Below, in pieces: positions 26,357 through 37,859 of a stretch of 64,000 nt of DNA. Position 1 is the stretch's first letter. Each line of letters begins with the position of its first letter. Source of the stretch: a virus; the IMG/VR virus record IMGVR_UViG_3300032046_000016, positions 16,905-80,904 of that record; one strand, given 5' to 3'. The position numbers and the translations under genes are program-made. Below the pieces are notes generated by a model. The model saw only the letters and a program-made list of their open reading frames with translations, was not told where the DNA came from and made no database searches.

Positions 26357-27562
26357 TTAGCGCACTCTCACGGGCACCAACTCCTTGGCGCCCAGCTCCA
26401 GAATGACGTTGCCGGCCCGCTCGTATTCGATTCTCCTGTCGTACTCGTCGTCGAAAGCCTTCCCTCGAGCGGTCACCGCCTGCACGAGGCCGTACAGATT
26501 ACGGCCTGGATCGACCTCCCTGGTGGGAGCGACGAACTCGTTAAGGATCGCCTCGCGGTCGGCGTCGCTCCAGCCGAACCGCTCTACCACGGCATCGACC
26601 GCCTTCACCGGCTCGTCGATCTTCTCCTCCTGCGCTCCGCGCAGGCGAGCGACCATCTTCTGGAAGCGCTCGCGGTCGAAGCCGGCCTCGATGACGTCGC
26701 GCACCTTGCTCCACGTCGCCTTGGCCTCAAGGGACAGCGTCTCGGTGCTCCAATCGATCAGGCCGTCGCCCTTGCGACTGCCGACGTGAACCTCGGCTAT
26801 GCCGGTCTCGCCGACCAGCCGGTTGTCGCAGACGACGCTGAAGACCAGCAGCTCGGCGCGCAGGCTTCCCAGGCCGACCTCGCTGTTGCTGACGATGACA
26901 CCTGGAACGAGGATGTCGTCGCCTCGGCGGTAGTGCCCGCCTAGGTCGCCAGGCGGTGCGGCGTCGCGGCGGACATCGAACCTCTCGCCTCCCACGTGGC
27001 TGGGCTCCAGGACCTCCTGCCAGCCTTGGTGCAGCGCCTGCAGGTAGAAGCGCTCCTCGGTCAGGTCGGCCCTCACGATCTCGGCGCCGACTCGCTGCAC
27101 CACATCGATCGCCTGGTAGAAGAGGTCGACGTTGTCGAGGGCTCTGTACCACTCGCTGAGAAAGGCGCGCGCTCTGCCGCCTAGCGTGCGGACCATGAAG
27201 CGGCGCTCGCCGGACCGCTGCAGCCAGCTATTCACGTTGACGGCCAGGAGCCCAGGAATCTCGGCGGCGCAACGCTGATAGTAAGCCCCAGGAATCTGCA
27301 GCTTCTCGGCTATCTGGCGGTGGGCCACCGGCCCCACGTCAAAGGTGGGCGACGCGCCACCGATCCCGGCGCCCTGGAAGCTCAGCCGCGGCACCATTCG
27401 CGGAGCCCCTCCGTCTGCCGGCGGCCCTTCCATGGCCACCATCACCAGCTTGTCAGCCAGCACCACGAAGTCCTGCTTCGTGTGGGCCTGCTGATCCAGC
27501 TCCCTGACCAGGTCGGCGATCGCCTCTTTGGTCAGTGCCTTCCTGTGAAACTCGTCGATCAT
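26357..27562 (-). CDS. DUF932-like phage/plasmid protein
   Basis: RAFLSE.Y..LDN, G.IVSNSEVGLGSL, VCDNRL, YGLVQAVT. Confidence 0.75.
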   Translation of the reverse strand: MIDEFHRKALTKEAIADLVRELDQQAHTKQDFVVLADKLVMVAMEGPPADGGAPRMVPRLSFQGAGIGGASPTFDVGPVAHRQIAEKLQIPGAYYQRCAAEIPGLLAVNVNSWLQRSGERRFMVRTLGGRARAFLSEWYRALDNVDLFYQAIDVVQRVGAEIVRADLTEERFYLQALHQGWQEVLEPSHVGGERFDVRRDAAPPGDLGGHYRRGDDILVPGVIVSNSEVGLGSLRAELLVFSVVCDNRLVGETGIAEVHVGSRKGDGLIDWSTETLSLEAKATWSKVRDVIEAGFDRERFQKMVARLRGAQEEKIDEPVKAVDAVVERFGWSDADREAILNEFVAPTREVDPGRNLYGLVQAVTARGKAFDDEYDRRIEYERAGNVILELGAKELVPVRVR

Positions 27563-27617
27563 GTCACCTTCCTTCCCCAGCCGGTATATCACCGGCTACT
27601 ATGCTACCCGCCAATCT

Positions 27618-28478
27618 TTACCGGCCAATCATTCTGACGGGAACGAACTCGCACTCCTCCGGCAACTTGTCATCGCGCAGCCTCAAGAGCTGCGGGTGCC
27701 GAAGGGCGCCACTGGTGGGGCTCTGGCCATACGCCTTGACCACGCCGACCTTGCCGATGTAGGAGGCGAGCTGCTCGGGCGGGCCGGTGATGCCGAGCGA
27801 GCTCACCACGACCAATCGACCGTCAACGTAGAACCCGTAGCGCAGGTTCCGGTAGCCCAGCTTCTTCCGGTCCTCGGAAGTCGGCAGGCCCTCCATGTCT
27901 ACGATCACGACGTCGAACTCCTGGGTTCGCTTCACCTTCAGCCAGTCCCAGGAGCGCTTGCCGGCCTGGTAGGTCGAGGCCCGTCGCTTGAGCATCACGC
28001 CCTCGATCCCGTTGTTCATGAGGCACTCGGCCTCGTCCAGGTCAGGCACTCCGAGTACCCGCGACGCCTGCACCAGCAGCGGCTGGTTGGCTTCCCCTAC
28101 GATCATCTCGACCACTTGCCGGCGCGTGTCGAGGGGCTGGCTCTGCAGGTCGTGGCCTCCAAGCCGCGGCACGTCGAAGACGACATACCGCAGCGCCCGG
28201 CGCCAGTCGCCGCTGGCATACGCGGACGCCTCGCCCACAGGAACCATCTCGCCGTCGAGGATGGTCCCGGCGGGCAGCACCATGGCGTCGAGCCAGGCGT
28301 GCTCGCCGGTGTGCTCCATCCCCGAGCGGGCGTATTGCCTGGGGCGGTCGGCCATCACCCACACGAGGCGAAAGCCGTCGTACTTGACCTCCATCGTCCA
28401 GCTATCGTCGCCCCAGGGAACCCGTGGCGCCTTCTCCGCCTGCTGCGCGAGCATCGGTCGGAGCGGCAGTCCTGTCAT
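27618..28478 (-). CDS. ATP-dependent DNA ligase
   Basis: PMLA, EVKYDGFR, LDGEM, VFDV, EGVMLK, WLKVK, LRHP..RDDK. Confidence 0.95.
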   Translation of the reverse strand: MTGLPLRPMLAQQAEKAPRVPWGDDSWTMEVKYDGFRLVWVMADRPRQYARSGMEHTGEHAWLDAMVLPAGTILDGEMVPVGEASAYASGDWRRALRYVVFDVPRLGGHDLQSQPLDTRRQVVEMIVGEANQPLLVQASRVLGVPDLDEAECLMNNGIEGVMLKRRASTYQAGKRSWDWLKVKRTQEFDVVIVDMEGLPTSEDRKKLGYRNLRYGFYVDGRLVVVSSLGITGPPEQLASYIGKVGVVKAYGQSPTSGALRHPQLLRLRDDKLPEECEFVPVRMIGR

Positions 28479-29281
28479 GCGGCTTTCGCCTTCGCCTGTT
28501 GGACGCTCGCGGTCAGGACGCTCATCAGGTCGGCCTCGGCCGTCTCTTCCCGAGCAGCCACCTTGGTGGGCATCGGCTGGCCCATCAACTTGGCGTCGAT
28601 CAGGGCGGTCAGGGCCTCACGATACTCGTCCTGCAGACCGTCTATCACATCGCCGTCCTGGGACAAGGCGCCAATAAGCTGCTCGGCAAGCTGTGTCTCC
28701 GCATCGCTGACAGCCACTTGCTCGACCAGGGAATCCAGCTCCGCGACGTTCGCCGCCTCGTCCGCCCAAAAGAGCAGGGAGACGGCCAGGAGCCGGCCTG
28801 CGGGCTCCACCACGCATAGGCTTTCCTTGCCCGTGCCGAAGGCCACCTTGCCCAGGCCCAGGAGCTTCGACCGCGCCATGGCGTCTCGGAGCAGGGCGAA
28901 GGGCTTCTGGCCAGCCTTACCGTTCGCTCCGGGCACCGCGAAGTAGGTCTTCTCGCGCCGCCCGATGGGAACTGAGTCGGCAGGGACGAAGGCGGTGAGA
29001 TCGAGGCCGGCACCGCTGGCCAGCGGCAGGGCCTCCAGCTCTTCCGGCTCGAACAAGACCATCTGCTCCTTCGAGACCGGATAGCCCTTGATGATTTCCG
29101 TCTTGTCGGTGATCTCGCGGTCACAGGTCCGGCAGACCGTCGCGGAGTTTACTCGCTGGCCGCAGGGGCGGTGCACCATGTGGAACTTGGCGTCGTTATC
29201 GCGACCAGCTCCATACAGCTTCACCGGCACCGTGACCAGCCCAAACGTGATGGGCAGCGACCGCGTCGCTCTCATGGTCAT
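28475..29281 (-). CDS. ku: Ku protein (NHEJ end-binding)
   Basis: ITFGLVTVPVKLY, IIKGY, FALLRDAM, DEYREAL..LIDAK, DLMSVL.AS. Confidence 0.95.
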   Translation of the reverse strand: MTMRATRSLPITFGLVTVPVKLYGAGRDNDAKFHMVHRPCGQRVNSATVCRTCDREITDKTEIIKGYPVSKEQMVLFEPEELEALPLASGAGLDLTAFVPADSVPIGRREKTYFAVPGANGKAGQKPFALLRDAMARSKLLGLGKVAFGTGKESLCVVEPAGRLLAVSLLFWADEAANVAELDSLVEQVAVSDAETQLAEQLIGALSQDGDVIDGLQDEYREALTALIDAKLMGQPMPTKVAAREETAEADLMSVLTASVQQAKAKAA

Positions 29282-29469
29282 GGCTTACCTCTCGTTCGAT
29301 AGGCGACCTTCCTTGTCGATCTCTTCCTCGTGCCGATCAGACAGTCCGCTGGCGCCTCGCTGATTCGGACGGGCAAGCGGCCTGGCACTAGCTGATACGG
29401 CTCGACTACCGGACAGCCAGGGCAAGACCGGCACAGACAAACGGGACATGGCGTAGCAGATACAAGCAA
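29278..29469 (-). CDS. Cys-rich leader peptide coupled to ku
   Basis: TTG after AGGAGGGCACC; CPVCLCRSCPGC; ATGA overlap with ku. Confidence 0.45.
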   Translation of the reverse strand: MLVSATPCPVCLCRSCPGCPVVEPYQLVPGRLPVRISEAPADCLIGTRKRSTRKVAYRTRGKP

Positions 29470-29499
29470 ACTCGGTGCCCTCCTGTTGTCGTTAAGTAA

Positions 29500-29528
29500 A
29501 GTGTAGCAGAGTGGTACAGCGTCGTCAA
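29500..29528 (-). promoter_or_regulatory. Sigma70-type promoter of ku-ligase operon
   Basis: TTGACG-17-TACACT, extended TG. Confidence 0.75.
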
Positions 29529-29545
29529 TAGGTTCGGGAGCGAGC

Positions 29546-31204
29546 CTACTGACTGGTTGCGCCTTTCCTTCTGCTCTTTCCCTTCTTCTCCTTCGCCGCC
29601 TCGACGCTGGCCTGGAGCTGCTCGGCCAGGGTAGGCCCGAACAGCAGCTCCAGGGTGCCGGCCAGACGGTTCGGCATCCATCGCCGGTCATAGGTCTCGT
29701 AGGCGCGATCCAGGTTCCTCACGATCATCAGGGCATGGACGTGGAGCAACGCCTCCTCGCCAAGCGCCTTGAGAGCGTGAATGACCGAGTCGCTCGTGCC
29801 GCCGAAGGGCGGGAGGTTGATCGCCAGCTCCCGCAGGACCTCATCGACGTTGTACTCAAGATGCGCCTCCTGCTTGACCCCATCGCGCCGCACGAGGAGC
29901 GCGGCCAGGAGCAGGAGCCTGTCGCCGGCCAGCCTATCCATCGCCGCCCTAGCGGAGAGCCCCAGCTCGCCCTGCGCCTCCTCGATTTGCTGCTTGCGGG
30001 TCTGATCCTTCACATCCTGGGCGCTGCGGCCCTCCCGCTGCTTCTTCTTCCGGCACTTGGCGTTCATGCAGAGGATCGTGACCCGTCGCTCGCCGCCATA
30101 CATGTAGCGCGCCGGCGGCGTGACCAGGAGCGCCCTACCGGGCCCCTTGCCGCACCAGGCGGGACAGGCTCGGCAGCCGTCCTTGTCGGCCACCTGGGAG
30201 ATATGGTCATCCCACTTAAGCGCCTCGCCCTTGTCGTCGTAGCTCCCCCGCGACATGCTCACCGGCAGGGATGGGAAGCCCTCGACCTCGCCAACCTCGA
30301 CTCGGTATCCGGGCTGGAGACCATGCAGGTCGTAGAAGACGGGGAACGTGTCGTCGACGCCTTGCTTCTTCCCGGGCCCGGCGACGTACTCGGCCACCTT
30401 CTCGACCATCTCTTCGCGGTGGACGTCCACCACGCTGGCCACGTAGTTGGTCGGGCTCGTGCAGACCGGTCTGCCATCAGGGGCCGTGCCAAGGCAGCCC
30501 TTCTCCGCGCAGATTTCCTTCCAGGCGAACGGCGTCTGATCGTCCAGTCTCACCGTTCGCTGCTCGAAGGCTTGCTCGACCATGCGGCCCACACTCTCAT
30601 CGGTCACTTCGCCGGTGGCAGCGGCGATCGACCGAAGGCCATCGGGCACCAGCCCGAGCTGCTTCAGCGGCTCCAGGATAACGGCCTGGGCCGGCGTGAC
30701 CGCCCGCTCCCTGAGAGCGACCTGCAGCTCGTCGGAGAGCTGGAGCAACAGCAGCCGCTCGCTGATGTAGCTCCGCGACCGGCCTACGGCCTCGGCTAGG
30801 CGCTTCTGCGTCCAGCCGAGCGTCTCCAGGGCCGTCTGAAACTGCAGCGCCTCCTCCAACGGGTGCAGGGAGGCGCGCTTCAGGTTCTCCGTCAGGGCCA
30901 CCCGCAGGGCGTCCCCGTCGTCCACCTCGACCACCTGGACGGCCACCTGCTCCCAGGCCAGGCGTCGAGCCGCCTCAAGGCGACGGTGGCCGCACACCAC
31001 CTGATAGCGCCCATCGATCGGCCGGACCTTGATGGGGTACAGGAGCCCGTCGCGCCGCATGGACTCGACCAGCTCCTCCATCGCCCCCTCGTCGGCCACG
31101 ACCCGGCTGGTGTGTGGCGAGGGGTCTATCGCTTCGACGGCCACCAGGCCCTCGAAGGTCGGGGCTGGCAAGGGCCCCATTTCCTCGGTCTTGGCTTTCG
31201 CCAT
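29546..31204 (-). CDS. ParB/Spo0J family protein with long Cys-containing C-terminal extension
   Basis: GLLYPIKVR, VVCGHRRLEAA, ENLKRASLHPLEEA, HTH. Confidence 0.9.
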   Translation of the reverse strand: MAKAKTEEMGPLPAPTFEGLVAVEAIDPSPHTSRVVADEGAMEELVESMRRDGLLYPIKVRPIDGRYQVVCGHRRLEAARRLAWEQVAVQVVEVDDGDALRVALTENLKRASLHPLEEALQFQTALETLGWTQKRLAEAVGRSRSYISERLLLLQLSDELQVALRERAVTPAQAVILEPLKQLGLVPDGLRSIAAATGEVTDESVGRMVEQAFEQRTVRLDDQTPFAWKEICAEKGCLGTAPDGRPVCTSPTNYVASVVDVHREEMVEKVAEYVAGPGKKQGVDDTFPVFYDLHGLQPGYRVEVGEVEGFPSLPVSMSRGSYDDKGEALKWDDHISQVADKDGCRACPAWCGKGPGRALLVTPPARYMYGGERRVTILCMNAKCRKKKQREGRSAQDVKDQTRKQQIEEAQGELGLSARAAMDRLAGDRLLLLAALLVRRDGVKQEAHLEYNVDEVLRELAINLPPFGGTSDSVIHALKALGEEALLHVHALMIVRNLDRAYETYDRRWMPNRLAGTLELLFGPTLAEQLQASVEAAKEKKGKSRRKGATSQ

Positions 31205-31223
31205 ACTCCTCTCCTTCTGCCCG

Positions 31224-33310
31224 TTACTGGTCGGGCGTCTCTACCGCAGTCACTATGTCCCGCAGGACACCGATGAGCGTATCGGAGCGCTCCCGCAGGT
31301 TCTCCAGCTCGGGACCTTGCCCGCCTTCTTCCTCGTCCCACCACCTAACCTGCTCCTTCGCCCGCTGTAGGACGTGGGACAGCCCGCGGGTCAGGTCGAC
31401 GCGGCCGTGGCCAATGCAGGCGGGACACCGCTCCGTCGTCTCCTCATGGACGCCGTACACCGTGAACAGATCGACATCGCTCACCCAGAAGGCCACGTGG
31501 CCACCCTGGAGCACCAGCTCCACGGCGTCCGCGGCGGCCATCACCGGCTCGGCGTCCTCGCCGAGAGCCGTCACCGCCGACTCAAACGAGATCTCCTCGC
31601 CATCGTCGACGTCGCAGCACTCTCGGAAGTAGGCCAACAGGACGGCCTCCGGGCTCTCGCCCTCGACGTCGTGCTGCGGTTCGTCCCACGTGTCCTCCAG
31701 GTGGGTACACTTGATGTCGATCTCGTACTTGGGCATGGTCAACCTCTCAGTCTGGCAGCGCGGCGAGGTTCACGTGGACCGCAACCCAGGCCAGCGCATC
31801 ATCAACATCATCGTGGTCGGTCGAGCAATAGCGACGCTCCGAAGTGCCGGCATTCGCCATCGTCCGGTCGAGCAGCACTTCAACAGCGAGGAAGGACGAC
31901 ACATGCAGCTCTGTACCGCCGCGGTAGCCCACGTTGATGCCCAGGGAGCACGAGCCCTCGAACCTCGGCCGGCTATCCTTCAACCAGGCGCCGCCGGATC
32001 GACGATCGCTATTGAACCGGATCTCGACATCCTGGCAGAACTCCCGCTCCAGGAGCCGCGCCGCCTTTAGCACGAGACCGTCCAGCTCGTCAGTCGCGCC
32101 GTTGTAGCCGCCACCGACCACAAAGCCGCCAACGGCTATGCCGCGACTGCGCTCAATCGCCATCGCAACCTCCTCCTTCATCGAACAGACGCGGCTGGTA
32201 GCCGTCCTTGTGCTTCCCGACATCTGCCGCAAACGCACGCATGGCGTCCAGGAGCGGGTGCTGGATGCGGCCTCCCCGAGCCTGCCAGATCTGCCGGCGG
32301 AGCTCGGCCAGCTCGTCCATCTCGCCAGGACGAAGATCGTCCTCGCTCACATCGATGTCAGGCGGGACTTCCATGCCTCGCTTCTTCATCAGCTTCGAGG
32401 CCAGGTGAAGGTAAATCTGGACGTGTTCCGACAGCATCGGCGCCCGCAGGCTCGCCGTGTAGAGGTACACGCATACCTCAGCGTCGCCGACCTCACCGTC
32501 CAGGCCGGGCTTCAGGATCGAAGCGAGGCCGAGCACCATACGCTCGGCCTCGACCTCCTTCAGCAGCCACTCGGGGATCGTGTCAGCCCAGGCAGCGGAC
32601 CCGACCACTAACCTGTTACCGTCTCGCCTCGCCACCACCCACCTAGAGCAACTTCTCGGCGATCGTCTGCGTCAGCTCGTCCAAGAAGACCTCGATGGGA
32701 TTCTCGACCTCGGCGTTCCGCCTGTTGAAGTCGTCCTCGTCGATGCCAAGACCGTGCTCGCTCCACATCCTGTGCGTCTCGCCGATCACCCACGTGTGAA
32801 GCCTCTTCGGGCCCCGCCGCTCGGTGGTTCCCAAGAAGAGGACTCCATGCAGGTCGAACGGGTCGCCTGGCAACTTCCTCTCCTGCCAATGCTGGCGGAC
32901 CTTCTCGCTGGGTGTCGTTACATCTACCATCACGGCTCCTATCTTCCGCTGCCCGGCGGCCTCGACGCCGGACCAACCTCGCGGTAGCAGTCCGAGCAGA
33001 CCTCCAGGTCGCGGTGAATCCACCTTCTTCGGCAGCGTGGGCACGGCTTCAAGTTAGCCCGCGGAGGCTTGGCGCCCCTCGGAATCCTCTTCCTCTCAGC
33101 GTCACCCTGAAGGACGCTTTCGTTCGTTTCGTCGGTCACTGGTCTAGTCATCTTTCCGCCACAGGTTACGGCGGCTGGCTTGGGGCCGCCCGTTCGCCGC
33201 CTGGTCCGCCCGCGCCTTGTCGTAGGCAGCATTGATGTGTTGCTCGTAGAGGGGCGTCCCGAGAGCGGGGATGATACGGGCCATTCGCTCCCCGTTCTCG
33301 TCCTCACTCC
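31224..33310 (-). other. Cluster of hypothetical ORFs (31224-31742, 31747-32163, 32153-32638, 32643-~32930 and small ORFs)
   Basis: Packed ORFs, no recognised family. Confidence 0.5.
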
Positions 33311-33334
33311 AGTGCCAGCGCAATCCTAACTTGG

Positions 33335-33868
33335 TCACTGAAGGTGCTCCTGCGCCCAGGCCGACCGCACAGGGTCGAGGCCGGTCAGCCCCTGCGGGTC
33401 CACCAGGAACCGCGAGCAGGTGTTGGCGAAGTCCTCGATCGGGTTGGCGTTCGACAGGTACGACCAAGGATGGCTCCCCGTCCAGGTCGGCGGCTGGCCG
33501 CTGACCGACGTCGACTTCCAGCCTGTCGTCTCGACGAAGCTCTTGCCTTCGGCCGTCTCGTACCAATCCCGAAGGTCCACGTTGCTGGGCTCGTGCCCGA
33601 GGTCCTCCAGAATCATCTCGTGTTGGTGGGCGTGACAGGCCTCGTGGGCCAGCGTCGACTTGCCCTGGTTTGGGGCCGCGACGATAGTCCGGGTCGGCGC
33701 CCAATAGAAGGTGGCTGGCGCCTTCCCACCATAGGGGCAGGTCCCATCGGGAAGGCACCCGTTCTCGCTGACGTGGATGGTCAGCCCTTCGGGGAGCGCC
33801 AGGCAGCCGGTCAAGAGCACTAGGCTTGCCAGGCAAAAGAGAGCTGCTATACCGAATCTGCGTCCCAT
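33335..33868 (-). CDS. Secreted lipoprotein, zincin-type metallopeptidase
   Basis: Lipobox LLTGC; HEACH (HExxH); NPIEDFA. Confidence 0.7.
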   Translation of the reverse strand: MGRRFGIAALFCLASLVLLTGCLALPEGLTIHVSENGCLPDGTCPYGGKAPATFYWAPTRTIVAAPNQGKSTLAHEACHAHQHEMILEDLGHEPSNVDLRDWYETAEGKSFVETTGWKSTSVSGQPPTWTGSHPWSYLSNANPIEDFANTCSRFLVDPQGLTGLDPVRSAWAQEHLQ

Positions 33869-33900
33869 TTGTGCGTCCCCGTGTGTTGCTTCCTGATATT

Positions 33901-33929
33901 ATCGTAGCACACGGGCACGCTGTTGTCGA
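33901..33929 (-). promoter_or_regulatory. Sigma70-type promoter
   Basis: TCGACA-17-TACGAT, extended TG. Confidence 0.55.
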
Positions 33930-33972
33930 GTGGTACGCCGTCCCTAAGGTGAAGGTTTGGTGAAGGTCTCTC

Positions 33973-36470
33973 TCAGCCAACACGCACCCGAAGCCCCTGG
34001 CGACCGGCCTCACTCCTTACCCTGGCTTTGATCTCCGCAAGCTTGACATCCACGTTGACCCGCGCGCCGCGGAGCCCGAACACCTCTCTACCCCAGAAGC
34101 GGCAGGCCCACAGGAGCCGGTTGCCGAGAACGGGCGATCTCACCCAGGTGCCGGCCGTGACGCTGAAGAAGCGGTCACTATCGAGGGCACCCAGGACGGC
34201 AGCCGCGAATTCTGCGTAGACGTGGGGCTCCCGATAGTGCCCTGGCAGGTTCAGCATCATCAATCCGTGGGCGCCCTTGCGGTACGCGGACACGTAGATC
34301 GTCCGAGCCTCCACGGGCTCTTCCAGCGCCATCTGTCTCGCCAGCTCACGGAACGTCTCCGGGCTCAGGCCCGAGTTGTCCAGGAGCGGGCAGGAGTGCC
34401 CGCTGCCATCTTCACGAAGCACCACGTCCTCGTAGCAGAACGGGCAGATCATCTTCTCTTTCATCGCACGTCAGTCCTCCTCGGCGGTGAGCGACCAAGC
34501 GTCGTGCTGCGGGAGCCGGGCGACCCATTCGCGCGCCACCTGGAAGGTCGGGAAGCGCCCGGGCATGGCGTCGGCCAGGACCGCCGCCAATCCGGTCGGC
34601 CCCTCCCCGAGATACCCCCAGGCGAATCCCAGGAACTTCACCGTCTTGCCGTTCTCGCCCACCAGCTCCACGGCACCCCAGACGTCATCCTCGTAGGGCC
34701 GGCTGCGGGCCATGCGCACAGGACCGAACGCTTCGCGCAGCCGCCACCACTTCGCCTTGCTGAACACCGTGATACCTGGGCGGCTGGCGTCGTCACCGTC
34801 CCAATCGGGCTGGTTGCCCCTCACCCACTTGTCAGCGTCTCTCAGCTTCATCACCGCCATGATGACGATGCCTTCCCCATGGCAGACGGTACACTGCACG
34901 GCCGGGCCACAGCCCGTGCCCTGGCAGGCCGCGCAATCTTCATCCGCGGGCTGTTGGCCGCCCTGGGTGCAATCGCAAGGCGTCTCGACCTGCCCCTCGA
35001 AGCAATCGGGGCAGTACGCCTCGTCTTTCTCAGCGTTTGGCATTCTCGCCATGGTCAGTCTCCTTCAGGTCAATACGACCCTCTTTGTCATACCGCAGGA
35101 TGCTCTCCGTCTTCAGTCCAAGCAGCGGCTCGTCAAGCCAGAGCACGGCGGCAGCGCGAATCTCCAAGTCGCCAGCGGACACCGATTCGCCTGAGCGCCG
35201 GATCTTCCACATCACGAACCGCGATCTTCCATCCTGGTGGCGTGCCGAGAGCAGCAGGACCTCGCGCCGGTTCGGATTCAGCGCCGGCCTCAACTGGCCG
35301 AGCATGTCGTCCAGTGGCAGGTCCGGCAATATCCAGGCCTCCGAGACCTCGATGTACCAGTCGGCTCGGCCAGCATACCGCCGAGCCAGGACCTGTCTCA
35401 TTACCTCTCTCTCGGCATTATCTCGATAGACCAGGCCGCCGATTGTCACCTCGCCCCCGTAGAACACCATGACCAGGTGCGTGTGCCGGCCGTCCTTCGC
35501 CAGGATGAGGGGAGCCTGGACCTCAGCGTAGGCCACCAGGCGGTCGAACTCGTCCATCTCAGCTCTCGACGTTCACGTTCTTCTCGCACAGATCCTGGGC
35601 CGCCTGAACGTGGGTCAGGATCGCGTCGAGCGTCTTGTTCCTACGCGGGTGACGCCCCTCATTGCTGTGCCAGTCCTTCTCGTCTCGCACTCGGTCGTAC
35701 AGGGCGTCTAGCACGACCCATAGGCTGCTCCACGGTTCAGTCAATTCCGACGGGGCATGGCTGGCAAAGGCGTTCAGCTCGTCGATAGCCGGAACCCGGC
35801 GCTCCACCCGCATCCGACTGGAGCGTTCCTTCGCTTGTCGTTGGAGCTCTTCCCCCACGGCCGCCTGGACGTCAAACGCCCATTTGGCGAGCGGTGGGGC
35901 ATCAGGGTCTTCGCTCGTGAGACCTGGGACGAGCTCGTGCTCGTCAACGTATACCTGCACTAGCAATTCGACCTCCTCCCTCAGCCCTTGAACTGAGGCT
36001 CCGTCATGAGCGAGCCGTGGCCGGCCACTGCCTGGCAGCGGTTGGTGGCATGAAGGCCGGTCGTGTAACCGACCGGACAGGTGGGGCTCATGGCCACCGT
36101 CACCGTGAAGTCGCGGTAGCCGAGGTCTCCAAGCCGCCCGGCAATGAGCTCGGCCGCTCGCCGCTCATCGAGGACGTTGTCATTGATGACGATGGTGACT
36201 TCCATCAGGGTGCCCTCCTTCGGCCTGCCTCATTCAGCGCCGGTCGGCCAGCTCCGGCGGACGGGCCCGCGGCCCGTTTCGGCTTCAGTCGGGGCTCAGC
36301 TCGACGACGAGATCGTTGGCCTGGGTCAGATGCCGACAGGCTTGGCTCAACGTATCCCGTTCGGTGGTGGGCGCCTCCTGGCCACCGTCACACCGCCTCA
36401 GTGCGGTGTTGGCCGCGCGCACCGCCTCGTCTACCGCCTGGGCCAATTGCTCGTAGTCTGTCCGTCTCAT
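33973..36470 (-). other. Cluster of hypothetical ORFs (33973-34464, 34471-35052, 35030-35557, 35559-35966, 35981-36205, 36285-36470)
   Basis: Packed ORFs with RBSs; 34471-35052 has DnaJ-like CxxCxGxG repeats. Confidence 0.5.
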
Positions 36471-36614
36471 GTGGTGCCCTCCTGTCTTTTCAGGCTGCCT
36501 ATTAGTCGCACCTTGGGCAGTGGAGCCAGGGAATCTTGCCGCCGATCATGGCGAGCAGGATCGGTCCACCGCACTTGCCGCATCGTCTCGACTTCATGAT
36601 TGCTCCTTCCGCTC

Positions 36615-36830
36615 TTACGCTAGGACTACCTGGAAGATGGCGGGGAAGCCGGCCGCCCTCATGTGCTTGCAGGCGAACGGCCTCTCTTCCTTCTTGGCAA
36701 AACGCCATGACGGACACGAACAACTCAGCACCCCACTGGCGTGTAGCCGGATCTGATAGACGTCCGGCCGGCCGCTGAAGCTGGCCACCTCTCTGAGGAC
36801 TATCGCTTTCGTTCCGTTGCTGCTTACCAC
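36615..36830 (-). CDS. SWIM zinc-finger protein
   Basis: CSCPSW...CKH. Confidence 0.7.
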   Translation of the reverse strand: MVSSNGTKAIVLREVASFSGRPDVYQIRLHASGVLSCSCPSWRFAKKEERPFACKHMRAAGFPAIFQVVLA

Positions 36831-36867
36831 TGCCGTCTCCTTCGGGTTGTGTGTTCCATCTGAGTAT

Positions 36868-36896
36868 AGCGTAGCAGAAGACAACAATGTTGTCAA
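36868..36896 (-). promoter_or_regulatory. Promoter with operator palindrome GACAAC-N3-GTTGTC (36880-36894)
   Basis: TTGACA-17-TACGCT, extended TG. Confidence 0.75.
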
Positions 36897-37812
36897 TAAA
36901 TTCGGACAGGAAAAATGGACGAGGTTAGTGAAGATTGGGTGAAGGTCGAAGCGGCGGTGGCAGGGCGTCGAGCTCTTCCAGCTCCAGGAAGTCGCCGCCA
37001 CAGACGTCGCAGCTCTGCTGGTGCTCGTACCAGGGCTCGAAGGCGCCGCGCCTTAGGTCGAGCTTAGCGGAGTCGACGACGAACCGGAGATAGAGGTAGT
37101 GGCCCTTCCGACAGCGTCTGAAGGCCCTCAGATAGAACCCGCGGAAGAGGTAGTGGGACATTCGCTCAGTACCCTGTAGCCCTCGGTGCTGAGAACGTAC
37201 TGGATCGGCATGGTCCAGTTCGGCGGCGTGATCAGATCCTCGCGCCGCAGCTTCCCTAGGAAGCCGCCGGCGGCGTAGGCCATCGCAATACCTCGGCTGG
37301 AGGCCTGGTTCCCACACTTGTAGACCTTCTTCCAGCATGGACTGTCGGGCCACATGTAGACGGCGAAGACGCCAGGACCGATGGGGCCGTGGTCCCGGAT
37401 GATCTCGAGCGCCCGCCGACGCGCGGCGGTTAGCTGTGGCGTTCGCGCAGCCAAGCGGCTGCCTCCAGGCTCGGCCCGGAATAACCCGCCTCGACAATGG
37501 CGGCGGGGGTCGGGAACGTCTTCGTCTCCCGCTGGCGCATCGAACGCCGGCCGGTAGGACCGTGGGAGGGGATGGCGTGGATCAGCATCACGGGAGTCTC
37601 CTCGTAGGGAACCCCGTCACGCCAGCGCAACTGGACTCTCACGATGCAGCCGAGCGTCTCGCAGGGCAACCCACGGAGCGGATGCTGGTGAGCGGCGAGC
37701 GCCAGCTTGAGGCCATCTTCGAACGATTGAGGCAGGCGGCCCGCGAAGTCGGTGAGTGACAAAGTATCCCTCCCGTCCCATTTATCCCGCAGACCGCCTA
37801 ATAAATGGTACA

Positions 37813-37849
37813 GGGGCTAGCAACGGCACGGGAACCCGCCGCTAGCCCC
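37813..37849. terminator. GC-rich hairpin after protease gene
   Basis: GGGGCTAGC...GCTAGCCCC inverted repeat. Confidence 0.45.
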
Positions 37850-37859
37850 CGCCGACGAC

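Noticed and set aside
36880-36894. Operator as a LexA box
   Set aside because: Does not match the GAAC-N4-GTTC type box expected for this host group
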